The position numbers were made by a program, and so were the translations under genes. The notes below the pieces were generated by a model. That model did no database searches and was not told the DNA's origin. It worked only from the letters and a program-made list of their open reading frames with translations. A stretch of DNA of 64,000 bases from Hemiscyllium ocellatum (Eukaryota), in NCBI RefSeq assembly GCF_020745735.1, contig NC_083407.1, forward strand, positions 87,721,857 to 87,785,856, in the 5' to 3' direction. Shown one piece after another: positions 1-11,330 of the stretch; position 1 is the first letter of the stretch, and each line of letters opens with the position of its first letter.

Positions 1-380
1 AAAAACATGCTTAAAATATGAGCACATCATTGTCAGCTTCTGATTCTGGTTTGATCTTCAGCAATCGTTTATTTGTTTTCTTGTACACCTTTTATTTGGA
101 AAGAAAACAGATAGGCATTAAAAGGAAATAAATCTGCAGAGTAATAGGAATATAGTGAGTCAATGAGACTGATGAGCTTCATCGATAGAGAACTCGCAAG
201 AATTTAATAATCTGAATGTGCTTCTCTGTGCTATTATGATTCTATATGAAATTCAGACGTTATAATTTACCCAACAAGCAGTACAGTGTGATCTAATGAT
301 TAATTTCCCAACTTTTTAATTATATTAGTATTGGTTGGAACTTCCAATATGTTACAAAGATCAACCTGAATAGTGAGAAA

Positions 381-1090
381 AGTCATACAGCATGGAAACA
401 GACCCTTTTGTCCAACTCGTCCCATGCTGACTATGTTCCCAAATTAAACTAGTCCAACCTGTCTGCGTTTGGCCCATATCCCTCCAAACATTTCCTATTT
501 ATGTACTTATCCAAATGTCTTTTAAACATGGTAACTGTACCTGCATCCACCACTTGCTCTGACAGTTCATTTCACAGACTGAACACTCTGTGTAAAACAT
601 TTGCCCCTCATATCCTTTATAAATCTTTCTTTTCTCACCTTAAAAATATGCCCCTTAGTTTTTTTTTAACTCCCCTCACCTGAGGGAAAAGACATTTGCT
701 ATTTATTTATCTATGTCCTTCATGATTTTATAAACCTTTATAAAGTCACCCCTCAAACTCCTATGCTGAAGTGAAAGAAAGTCCCAGCTGATCCAGCCTA
801 TTTACATAACTCAACCCCTCCATTCCTGGCAACATTCTGGTAAATCTTTTCTGAATCCACTCCACTTTAATAATATCCTTACTATAAGAGGCAACCAGAC
901 CTGCACATAAAACTCTAAAAGAGGCCTCACCAACCTCAACATGACCTCCCAACTCCTATACTCAAAAGTCTGAGCAATGAAGACAAGCGTGCTAAACCTT
1001 TTCTTAATCATCCTGTCCACATGCGATGTAAATTTCAAAGAATTATGTACCTGAACCCCTAGGTCTCTCTGCTCTACAACACTACTCAGG
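381..1090 (-). mobile_element. CR1/HER1 LINE 3' fragment
   Basis: EQRDLGVQVH / QKRFTRMLPG motifs and CR1 tail on the minus strand. Confidence 0.88.
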
Positions 1091-1704
1091 ACTGAACATG
1101 AGAACAAAATAAAATGATTCCATTCTTTCAAAAGTTGCAGTTTTTGTAAAAGTCAGAGAGATGTACAGAATGGAAACAGACCCTTCGGTCCAACCCATCC
1201 ACGCCCACTAGATATCCTAAATTAATCTAGTCCCATTTGCCAGCATTTGGCCCATATCCCCCTAAACCTTTCCTATTCATATAACCATCAAGATGCCTTT
1301 CAAATGTTGCAATTGTACCAGCCTCCACCACTTCCTCTGACAGCTCATTCCATACACATACCACCCTCTGCATGAAAGCACTGTCCCTTAGGTCCCTTTT
1401 AAATATCTCCCCTCTCACCTTGAATCTATGCCCTCTAGTTCTGGGCTCACACATCCCAGGGAAAAGACCTTGTCTATTTACCCTATCCGTGCCCCTCATG
1501 ATTTTATAAACCTCTATAAGGCCTCCCCTTAGCCTCCGATGCTCCAGGGAAAACAGCCCCAGCCTATTCAGCCTCTCCCTATAGCTCAAATCCTCCAACC
1601 TTGCCAACATCCTTGTAAATCTTGTCTGAATCCTTTCAAATATCACACATCCTTCCTATAGGAGGGAGACCAGAATTGCACACAATATTTTCAAAAGTGG
1701 CCTA

Positions 1705-1917
1705 ATGGTGGCTCAGTGGTTAGCACTGCTATGTCACAATGCCAGAGATCCGGGTTTGATTCCCGTCTTGGGTGACAGTGTGGAATTTGTACATTCTCCC
1801 TGTGTCTGCATGGGTTTCCTCCAGGTGCTCTGGCTTCCTCCCACAGTCATAAAGGTGTGCAGGTCAGGTGAATTGGCCAAAGGCCTGTTTCCACACTGAA
1901 GGGAATCTAATCTAATC
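1705..1917 (+). mobile_element. HE1-like tRNA-derived SINE (internally deleted)
   Basis: A box TGGCTCAGTGG, B box GGTTTGATTCC, CR1-like tail, (ATCTA)n end. Confidence 0.85.
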
Positions 1918-1956
1918 AATGTTCTACACAACCGCAACATGACCTCCCACCCCTAA

Positions 1957-2273
1957 TTAGATTAGATTAGATTACTTACAGCGTGGAAACAGGCCCTTCA
2001 GCCCAACAAGTCCACACGGACCTGCCAAAGCGCAACCCATCCAAACCCATTCCCTTACATTTTACCCCTTCACCTAACACTACAGACAATTTAGCATGGC
2101 CAATCCACCTAACGTGCATATTTTTGGACTGTGGGAGGAAACCGGAGCACCTAGAGGAAACCCACGCAGACACGGGGAGAATGTGCAAACTCCACACAGT
2201 CAGTCGCCTGAGGCGGGAATTGAACCCGGGTCTCTGACGCTGTGAGGCAACAGTGCTAACCACTGTACCACCG
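1957..2273 (-). mobile_element. HE1-like tRNA-derived SINE
   Basis: Full-length copy with (TAGAT)n tail; nearly colinear with 60027-60340. Confidence 0.9.
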
Positions 2274-2319
2274 TCTCAATGGTCTGACCAATAAAGGCCG
2301 CTTTGCATTATGGGCAGCA

Positions 2320-2580
2320 AGGTGGCACAGTAGTTAGCACTGCTGCCTCACAGCGCCAGAGACCAGGGTTCAAATCCCGTCTCAGGCGACTGACTGTGTG
2401 GAGTTTGCATGTTGTCTACGTGGGTTTCCTCTGGATGCTCCGGTTTCCTCCTAAATTGCCCGTAGTGGTAGGTGAAGGGATAAATGTAGGGGAATAGGCC
2501 TGGGTGAGTTGCTCTTCGGCGGGTCGGTGTGGACTTGTTGGGCCGAAGGCCTGCTTCCACACTGTAAGTAATCTAATCTA
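2320..2580 (+). mobile_element. HE1-like tRNA-derived SINE
   Basis: A/B boxes, GGTTCAAATCC, tail CCACACTGTAAGTAATCTAATCTA. Confidence 0.88.
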
Positions 2581-4599
2581 AAGGCAAACATACCAAATGC
2601 CTTCTTCACTATAATGGGCAATCATAGTGTATCATTCAGCTTAAATTGCCTATACTCAATTCTTTCTTCCAGAATGAATTTCCACGCTTCTCAGACTTGC
2701 TGTGTATTTGTTGTTTTCTGGAGTTTATCTCCTCCTGAAGTTTGCTGTTCTCTTCCTCACTGTTTATTACATTTGTAAGCTGTGTGTCATCTACAAACGT
2801 TTAAATTATACTCAGATTATTAATATACATTAGAAGAGCAGTGATCCTAATACTTATACATAAAGGACACCACAATATATGTCCCTTCATTCTGCAAAAG
2901 ATCCATTCACCACCATTTTCTCTTTTCTGTCCCATAGTCAACATTGTATCAATATTATGACTGCCAGGGCTTGTTAATCCAATGGACTTTAATTTTGGTA
3001 ATATGTAAGAATACAACAGAACACCTTATTAAATCCACATACATAACATCAACAGTACCATCTTCATCATTCATCTAATTTCATCAACTCAATCATGTTT
3101 GCAAGTTTTTGTTTTTAATACAGTCACATAGAAAATCATGAGATAATAAATGACAACCTAACTGAAAATTAACTCTTATCGCAATCATGGTTTCAATAAT
3201 GTTCACCCGCCCAAGACTGACATTTGCATGACTGGTTCATGATTGCTTGATTATTTATTTTATTTTCAAAGATGTAATACCCTTCATTCATCTGTCACCA
3301 CATCAGTATTGAAAGAGGATTGAAAGATTGTGACTAGAATCTCATATTTTTATGCTTGCTTCTCTCATCAACCCAAGATGTACCCATTCTGGCTGGAAAA
3401 TGATTACTTTGAGCCGTTCCAATAATTTATTTATATCTATCTATTTTCCTCCTATCCAATTTCTCAAGCTCCTTCTTTACTGTAACATTAGCAACATCTT
3501 AATTCGTGAATACACAGCCAGAGTGCTCATTCAGTTGCTGAGCTATGCCTACTATTTCCCCCAATTTCCATTTTGGTACTTAATTGGTCGGTTTGTTCCT
3601 CTAACTATTCTTTCCTTCATTCTTAAGACTTTAGTAGTTCCTTTTATGTTACTGATAGTGTAAGTTGGCCTGTTTTGATGAGCTAGCATGTCATTGCATA
3701 TCTGAAGTCAAAAACAAGTGCAGTTTGTAGTTGAAGCTGAATGGGGGCAACTATCTCTTAACACAGCCATATTTCACCATATTTTAAAGTCATAAATACC
3801 AACCTATTCTTACATCACATTTTTAATTTAATATTACTTTCATGGTTCAATAGAAATATTTAAACCAAATTAACTCACTAGGTTAATAGGAAATAGCATG
3901 TTCTATGCAGCACAAGCAGAGAAGCTAGTTGATGCAAAACTTAGTTTTGAAGAAGGATCACTTTATTTGAACATTAACACTGTTTTCTCTGCTCAGATGC
4001 TGTCAGACCTGCTGATTTCTCCAGTAATTTCTGTTACTATTTAAAGTAAAATAGCTCCTCCAAATTTACAAGGTAGGTCCATTATAAACGTGGATACAAC
4101 ACATTATAGTAGCTAACAGAACAGTAGATGCTGGGAGTTAAAGAAGGCAAAATTGCAGCATGACAATATTTTGACACAAACTCATTAACTTATGCACATT
4201 TCAAGGCCTGCTAGCCTAGTGGGATAGGCAGATTTGAAAAAGGTTACCAAAATGTAATTAACTGAAGATATAAACCTGCATTTTGGGTCAAGCTGCATAG
4301 TACAGGGGTTTCTAAGGCTATCTGAAACTCGCCAGGGGATTGCAGTGCAGGAATCGATGGGTCAATGAAATTCGTATTGGAAAGCCTTCAAATACTGAAT
4401 CAAGTTAAAAGCTTTTGCTCACAGGTCTTGTTCAGCATGCAACTTCACTGCTTTAGAGATAACTTTCAAGACCTTAGGTCATTTCAGACCTTTGTTTTAC
4501 TTTATCTATACTTCCCGGCTGTTGGCCTTCTCAGCTTTAGTGCAGACCTTTGATTATAGGAACAGGTTGAGCAGTACTGATATCAAAATCACCACCTTC

Positions 4600-4880
4600 A
4601 TTGCTCACCAAAGATAGAAATGAACACAGAGCTTGAACTCACTGAAGGCAATATCCTCAACACAATGTACACTGACTGAGAATCAGCTTTCTGGATATGT
4701 CACCTGGAGAAAGATATGCACAATTGGCCAGGTTGAGGTTAAGATCACAACAGCAATGCACTTCTTTGCTTCTGCCTCCTTTCAGGGATCTACAGGAGTG
4801 TCCTGCAAGATTTCAATCTCCTACGCACATGGACATTTCCTGCATAAGCAATGCACATTCTATAGGGAAGCCACTTATAT
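4600..4880 (+). mobile_element. Harbinger/PIF transposase remnant
   Basis: EVKITTAMHFFASASFQGSTGVSCKISIS resembles the HARBI1-family HTH motif (AALxFyxSGSFQxxxGDxxGISQ); short and decayed. Confidence 0.5.
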
Positions 4881-5639
4881 TATTCAATTTGCAACTGATT
4901 TGAAACTATTCAGAATAAGAAAGCCTTCAGATTCACTATGAAGATTTGATTCCAAAGTGCAGGAAGTCATAGGTTACATTAATGTGACAATCAAGGTGAT
5001 CAAAGATCAAGTAGCAGGATTTAAGAATTCACCTCATTAATTCAGTCAAACACATGCCAGAGGTGGGCAAATTCATCTCTGAAAGACACCAAAACTCCCA
5101 GTAAAATTCAATCATGGTAACAACCAATCAGAGAAAGGTAATAGAATACTTGATGAGCTTATCAGCAGCAAGCATGTGAAACAAGCAGCCTGTAAAAGAA
5201 GCAGCAGTGAGAAGATAAGGACCAACAGTCAGGAAGGCTGGAAGTAGTGGGGCAGTCAAGATTCAATGATAGGTTGGGTGGAATATGAAACAAAGCTGGC
5301 ATGCCAGAAGGATAGAAAGCCATAAAGTTGGGAAAGTGAATACAAAGGGAGACAGGAGGTACATTGGAAGGAAAATGGTCTACAATGGGGTAGAAGGTCA
5401 ATAAAACGGGAGAGGGGTTGTTAAGAGGAGAGAGAGCATTTTGATACTTGTCAAAAACCAACTGGGAATCAGCAAAACGTAGGTAATGAATTTGTTGCAG
5501 ATGAAGATGTAATCCAAAGCCTAAGGCTACAGGAGTTCAGAAGCTACTAGATAGGAGAAAAATGCCGTGTATGCTATTTCAATGAGAGGTGCGTTAACTG
5601 GATAATTTAATACTGTTTTATTTCATGAAGATTTAATTT

Positions 5640-6250
5640 TCTTTCTCCTGTCATCTTAAAAATATGCCCTCTAGTTTTGAACTCCCCTACTCTAGGGAAA
5701 GGACATTTATTACTCACTTTACCTACGCTTCTCATGATTTTATAAATATCTAAAAGGTCAGACTAAACCTCCTACACTCCAGGTAAAAAAGTAATGCCTA
5801 TGCAGCCTCTTCTTGTAACTCAAACCCTCCAGTCCCAGAACATCCTTGTAAATCTTTCTAATTTGCGAATCTTCCTTGTGTAGCAGGGTGACCAGAACTG
5901 TGCATAGTACTCCAAAAGTGGCATAGGCTGGGACGATTCTCCCTGGAACATATGAGGCTGAGGGGTGACCGTATAGAGGTATTCAGCCTCTCCCGATAGC
6001 TCAAATCCTCCAACCCTGGCAACATCCTTGTAAATATTTTCTGAACCCTTTCAGCTTTCACAACATTCTTCGTATAGCAAGGAGACCAGAATTGAATGCA
6101 ATATTTCAAAAGTAGCCGAACTGATGCCCTATATTGACGCAACATGATATCCCAACTCAATGAATAAAGGCAAGCATGCCAAAGGCAAGCTTTCTTCACT
6201 ACCTTCTCGACCAGCAAATCCACTGTCAAGGAATTATGAACCTACACCTC
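5640..6250 (-). mobile_element. CR1 fragments with an inverted internal piece (~5923-5980)
   Basis: YCIQFWSP / ERVQKIFTRMLPG motifs; orientation switches in the middle. Confidence 0.8.
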
Positions 6251-6618
6251 TTTGTTTGCGTGAAGTACCAAAGGGATCAGTGACGGGACTACAATTATTT
6301 ATTTCATATATATTTATGACATAAATGAGGCAAATGAGTGTGGTATCACAAAATTTGGTGGGAAGATAAGTGGTGAAGATGACACAAAATGTCTGCAGAG
6401 AAATATAGATAGGTTAAGTGAGTGTCAAAAATTTGGTATATGGAATATACTGTGGAAAATGAAGTTTTGCAGAAGAATGGAGGCTGTATTATTTAAATAG
6501 ACTGCAGGAAACTGCAGCACAAAGGCATTTGGGGGTCCTCATGCATAAATCACAAAAACCTAGCATACAGGTTCAGTGGATAATGAGGAATGTAACTGGA
6601 ATAATAGTCTTCATCATT

Positions 6619-6995
6619 TTAAAAATCACACAACAGCAGGTTATAGTACAATAGATTTAATTGGAAGCACACTAGCTTTCGGAGCGACGCTCCTTCATCA
6701 AGTGATAATGGAGGGCTCAATCCTAACACAGAATTTATAGCAAAAATTTACAGTGTGATGTAACTGAAATTATACATTGAAAAACTAATTGCCTGTTTTT
6801 CAATGTATAATTTCAGTTACATCACACTGTAAATCCTTGCTATAAATTCTGTGTTAGGATTGAGCCCTCCATTATCACCTGCTGAAGGAGCGTCGCTCCG
6901 AAAGCTAGTGTGCTTCCAATTACACCTGTTGGACTATAACCTGGTGTTGTGTGATTTTTAACTTTGTACACCCCAGTCCAACACCGGCATCTCCA
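6619..6995 (+). mobile_element. Second Penelope-derived foldback family; ~167-bp inverted arms, each with a hammerhead remnant
   Basis: Arms 6619-6785 and 6795-6961, 9-bp loop. CAC-CTG(C)TGA-A-GGAGC(GTC)GCTCC-GAAA-GCTA-GTG at 6876-6910 with its mirror at 6670-6704. Near-TSD AGTCTT(C/T)ATCA at 6606 and 7000. Confidence 0.82.
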
Positions 6996-7067
6996 AATCA
7001 GTCTTTATCAAGGAAGTCTTGTAAAAACTATACAAGCTACTACTTAGTCCACCTCGGATAATTTAGA

Positions 7068-8785
7068 ATATAGAACATTACAGCATAGTACAGGCTCTTT
7101 GGCCCTCGATTTTGCATCGATCTGTGAAACAAATCTGAAGCCCATTTAACCTACACTATTCCATTCTCATCCATATACCTATCTAATGACCATTTAAATG
7201 CCCTTAAAGTTGGCGAGTCTATCACCCCCTTGATTTAAAGCTATGTCCCCTCATGCTAACCACTGTCATCCGAGGAAAGAAAGGCTCTCATTGTCCACCC
7301 TATCTAACCCTCTGATTATCTTATATGTATCAATTAAGTCACCTCTTAACCTTCTTCCCTCTAACGAAAACAGCCTCAAGTCCCTCAGCCTTTCTTTGTA
7401 AGACCTTCCCTCCATACCAGGCAACACCCTAGTTAATCATCTCTGAACCCTTTCCAAAGCTTCCATATCCTTCCTATAATGTGACAACCAAAACTGTCCG
7501 CAATACTCCAAGTGTGGCTGCACCAGAGTTTTGTCCATGTGCAGCATGACCTCATGGTTCCGAAACTCAATGCCTCTACCAATAAAAGCTAAAACACCAT
7601 ATGCCTTCTTAACAACCCTATCAACGTGGGTGGCAACTTTCAAGGAACTGTGTTCATGGACACAGAAATCTCTCTGCTCATTTACACTACCAAGAAGCTT
7701 ACAATTCGTTCAGTACTCCGCATTTCTGTTACTCCTTCCAAAGTGAATCACCTCACACTTTTCTGCATTAAACTCCATTTGCCACCTCTCGGCCCAGCTC
7801 TGCAGCTTATCTATGTCCCTCTGTAACTTACAACAGCCTTCGTCACTATCCACAACTCTACCGGCTTTAGTGTCATCCGCAAATTTACTAACCCATCCTT
7901 CAATGCCCTCATCCAGGTCATTTATAAAAATGGCAAACAGGAGTGGACCCAAAATAGATGACCTGTAATTGAACTCCAGGATGAATATTTCCCATCAATC
8001 ACCACCCTCTGTCTTCTTTCAGCTAGCCAATTTCTGATCCAAACTGCTAAATCGCCCTCAATGCCATGCCTCCATGTTCCGTGCAATAGCCTAAAGTGGG
8101 GAACTTATTTTATGCTTGCTGAAATCCATATTCACCACATCAACTGCTTTACCCTCTTTCACCTGCTTGGTCAAAGAACTTAATAAGGTTTGTGAGGCAA
8201 TGACCATTCACAGAACCATGTTGACTATCTAATCAACTGATTCCTGAAGAAGGGCCTATGCCCAAAACGTCGATTCTCCTGCTCCTTTGATGCTGCCTGA
8301 CCTGCTACGCTTTTCCAGCAACACATTTTTCAGCTCTGAGTTCCAGCATCTGCAGTCCTCACTTTCTCCTAATCTTACTCTTGTCATTCTTTTATTTTAT
8401 TTCTGACACCCCTATAGAAAGCTGTAGGATTTTCCTTCATCCTATCCGCCAATGTCTTCTCATGTCCCCTCATGGTTCTTCTTAGAGCTCTTTCCTGGTT
8501 AACTTGTAACTCTCAAGCGCCCTAAATGAGTCATCACATCTCATCCTAACATAAGCCTTTTTCTTCCTCTTGACAAGAGATTCAGCTTCATTGGTAAACC
8601 ACGGCTCCCGCTATCGACAACTTCCTGCCTGCCTGACAGGTGCATAGTTATCAAGGATCCGCAGTAGCTGTTCCTTGAATAAGCTCCACGTTTCAATTGT
8701 GCCCATTATCTGCAGTCTTCCTCCCCATCCTATGCTTCTTAAATCTTGCCTAATAGCTTCGAAATTGCCTTTCCCCTAGCTTTAA
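7068..8785 (-). mobile_element. CR1 LINE, second subfamily, RT fragment with deletions
   Basis: GPLLFAIFINDLDEGIEGWVSKFADDTK; QPHLEYCGQFW. Confidence 0.9.
8240..8369 (+). mobile_element. Penelope-derived short element, monomer; hammerhead GAAA mutated to AAAA
   Basis: ATTCCTGAAGAAGGGCCTATGCCCAAAACGTCGATTC...; same family as 13241 and 63839. Confidence 0.8.
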
Positions 8786-9300
8786 AACTTGTGCTAATGT
8801 GATTTGGGTCCCCTTATCTAAGGTAAGATATAACGGTAATGGAGGCAGCCTACAGAAGATTAATTGATCCCTTAGAAGAATGAGAAGTGACCTTATTGAA
8901 ACATATATATTTCATAGAGGGCTTCAGTACCTGTAACGTATAAACGTTAATGGAGTGTTGCAGAACTGCAGAAAGTTAGAAAGCCTTACTGTAGGATAAG
9001 GACAAAGGGGGGGGGGGATATCAGAGACCAAACCAAGTAGTAATGTGGTAAAAAGGTCCAGCCAGTGTGCGTAGACATGCCCAGTTCAAAGATGCTAAGA
9101 TGTATATCTAAAAAATGATAGTGGCACTGTTTGCAAAACATAATAAAAAGCAATGTCTCTTTATAGGCTCTATCCTAATGTTACTCCCATGCTGAACATA
9201 AAATTATTCTTAACTAAAAATTACGCCTGAAGATCTTTTTCAAATTATAACAGCATTTACAATAAGTAAATAAGGACCAAGGATCAGTGCTGGGTTCACT

Positions 9301-10028
9301 AGTCATAGAGATGTTCAGCATGGAAACAGACCCTTCAGTCCAAACCGTCACCCCTCAGCCTCCGACGCTCCAGGGAAAAAGCCCCGGCCTGTTCAGCCTC
9401 TCCCTACAGTTCAAATGCTCCATTTCTGGAAACATCCTTGTAAATCTTTTCTGAACCCTTTCAAGTTTCAAAACATCTTTCTAACTGGAAGGAGACTAGA
9501 CCACTACTGGAATATTGCGCGCAATTCTGGTCTTCTTCCTATCGGGAAGAGGTTATGAAACTTGAAAGGGTTCAGAAAAGATTTACAAGGATGTTGCCAG
9601 GGTTGGACCATTTGAGCTATAGGGAGAGCTGAACAAGCTGGGGCTGTTTTCCCTGGAGAGTTGGAGGCTGAGGAATGGCCTTATAGAGGTTTACAAAATT
9701 ATGAAGGGCATGGATATGATAAATAGACAAAATCTTTTCCCTGGGGTGGGGAAGTCCAGAACTAGAAGGCATAGGTTTAGGGTGAGTGGAAAAAGATATA
9801 AAAGAGACCTAAGGAGCAACGTTTTGACACAGAGGGTGGTATGTGTATGGAATAAGCTGCCAGAGGAAGTGGTGGAGGCTGGTACAATTGTAACATTTGA
9901 AAGGCATCTGGATGAGTATATGAATAGGAAGGGTTTGGAGGGATATGGGCCAGGTGCTGGCAGATGGGACTAGATTGGGTTGGGATATCTGATCAGCATG
10001 GACAGGTTGGACCAAGGGGTTTGTTTCC
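9301..10028 (+). mobile_element. CR1 3' fragment with an inverted 5' part (9301-9500)
   Basis: ORF 9701-9973 is the CR1 C-terminus; the upstream segment is minus-oriented CR1. Confidence 0.85.
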
Positions 10029-10917
10029 GTGCTGTACATCTCTATGCCTTTAAGTAATCAAGAATTTTCCAAAATACGTAACACTGTCATTTTTCTTTAT
10101 AAATGGACTGTTCTTCAATGAGTCTTTCCATTATTTGGTTAGATGGCAGCTCATAATAAAAAAAGGTGCTAACAGAATGATGGATGCCTGGAAATAATTA
10201 GCAAGCAGGATTGGTCTAAGTAATTCATAATGAAATCATTGATAGCAAATCTTCATTCAAATTATCTATGACATTTAAATTGGAACATCAACCTCATATT
10301 CCTTTGCATTTACCGTTAGCTATCAGAATTGTTACTCTGTCTTAATCTGAATTGTTATCAATGTTTACAGAGCAAGTAGTATACTTTCATTTTAAAATAT
10401 AATTTATTGCTACACACGTACCTTGTTGAATATGATATGACTGGAATGAACCTGTTGTGTAGATCTGTAAACAGCTTAGAAATGAAACTTGCAAATTTGC
10501 AACAGATTCCAAGCGAAATTTGATTTTACACAACTGACTTTTCAAGAAAAAATATAATTATGCTAAGGTCAGAATGGAAACTTTATATAAAGTATATCTG
10601 TCGTTCAGTGGATGCATATTGCTATAAAATGAACGTGTGTACACAATCATCTTCAGATGACAATTAATAATCTTTTTAGCACCATTTTCCTTTGCTGAAG
10701 GTACAGAAAATCAGGTGAGCATGTCATTATGCAGGTATGTGTGTGTCTGTATAACTTATGTGGGATTTCAAAAACTTAAGTGCGGGCAGTCAAATAGCCA
10801 AATAAGACATCGTGGCTTTGCATCAGCAGAAAGTACTGGAGTCGAGACTTGACAAAAGTCACCTGTCAGCGAGTTAACTTTTTATTAGTTTTCGTTTTGC
10901 TAATGGTCATAACTCAC

Positions 10918-11033
10918 GCGTCCAGTCTTATTTTTTTCAGTGCCACCATCTCTCCTGTGACTTTATTCATTGCTTTGTAGACCACTCCATATGTACCCTC
11001 ACCGATCTTCTCCACTTTCTGGAAGTTGTCCAT
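10918..11033 (-). CDS. CDK2: CDK2/CDK3-type cyclin-dependent kinase, first coding exon (116 bp); remainder presumably left of the window
   Basis: Minus strand translates to [38 protein letters not shown](A), with the GEGTYG loop and VALK lysine. It ends in phase 2 at a GTGAGT donor (10917-10912). 116 bp matches the CDK2 exon 1 coding length as I recall it. CDK2 versus CDK3 or another paralog cannot be settled from 39 codons. Confidence 0.88.
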
Positions 11034-11330
11034 GATTCCGCCGCTCTCACCACCGGAATTCAAGCTACCGTCACCGTTGTTGTTGTTGTCAACAACGGCG
11101 AGAATCGACCGCCAACGCGCGATGCTCGCGCCCTACCATCCGAATCCCAACTGCCACTCTCCCTCCCGCGCGCGCTACTAATCTGCCCGGAGACACTCGC
11201 ATTTTCCCGCCCATTCGCCGCACAACGCGCAATCTATTGGCTCGTTGTGACGCCAACGTGGTAACGCCATCAAGGTCCCCATCATTTTGAAGTTCGCACT
11301 GTCCCAGCGTCCGGCCTCGTATCAGAAGTT
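11034..11330 (-). promoter_or_regulatory. CpG-rich promoter/5'UTR of the CDK gene
   Basis: CpG-dense segment. E2F-type TTTCCCGC at 11203-11210, CCAAT box (ATTGG on +) at 11236-11240 and CRE-like TGACGCCA at 11248-11255, typical of cell-cycle gene promoters. Confidence 0.7.

Larger units (their letters stand above)
1153..2612 (-). mobile_element. CR1/HER1 LINE 3' fragment interrupted by three SINEs
   Basis: ORF 1227-1646 is the CR1 ORF2 C-terminus; CR1 sequence resumes between the SINEs at ~1918-1955, 2274-2300 and 2581-2612. Confidence 0.88.

Noticed and set aside
1705-1790. tRNA genes at SINE heads (also 2320, 47921, 60270)
   Set aside because: A/B boxes continue into SINE body and LINE-like tail; these are SINEs, not tRNAs.
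1-10900. CDK exon 2 (PSTAIRE) within the window
   Set aside because: No matching minus-strand sequence found by eye; it probably lies outside the window, though I may have missed it.
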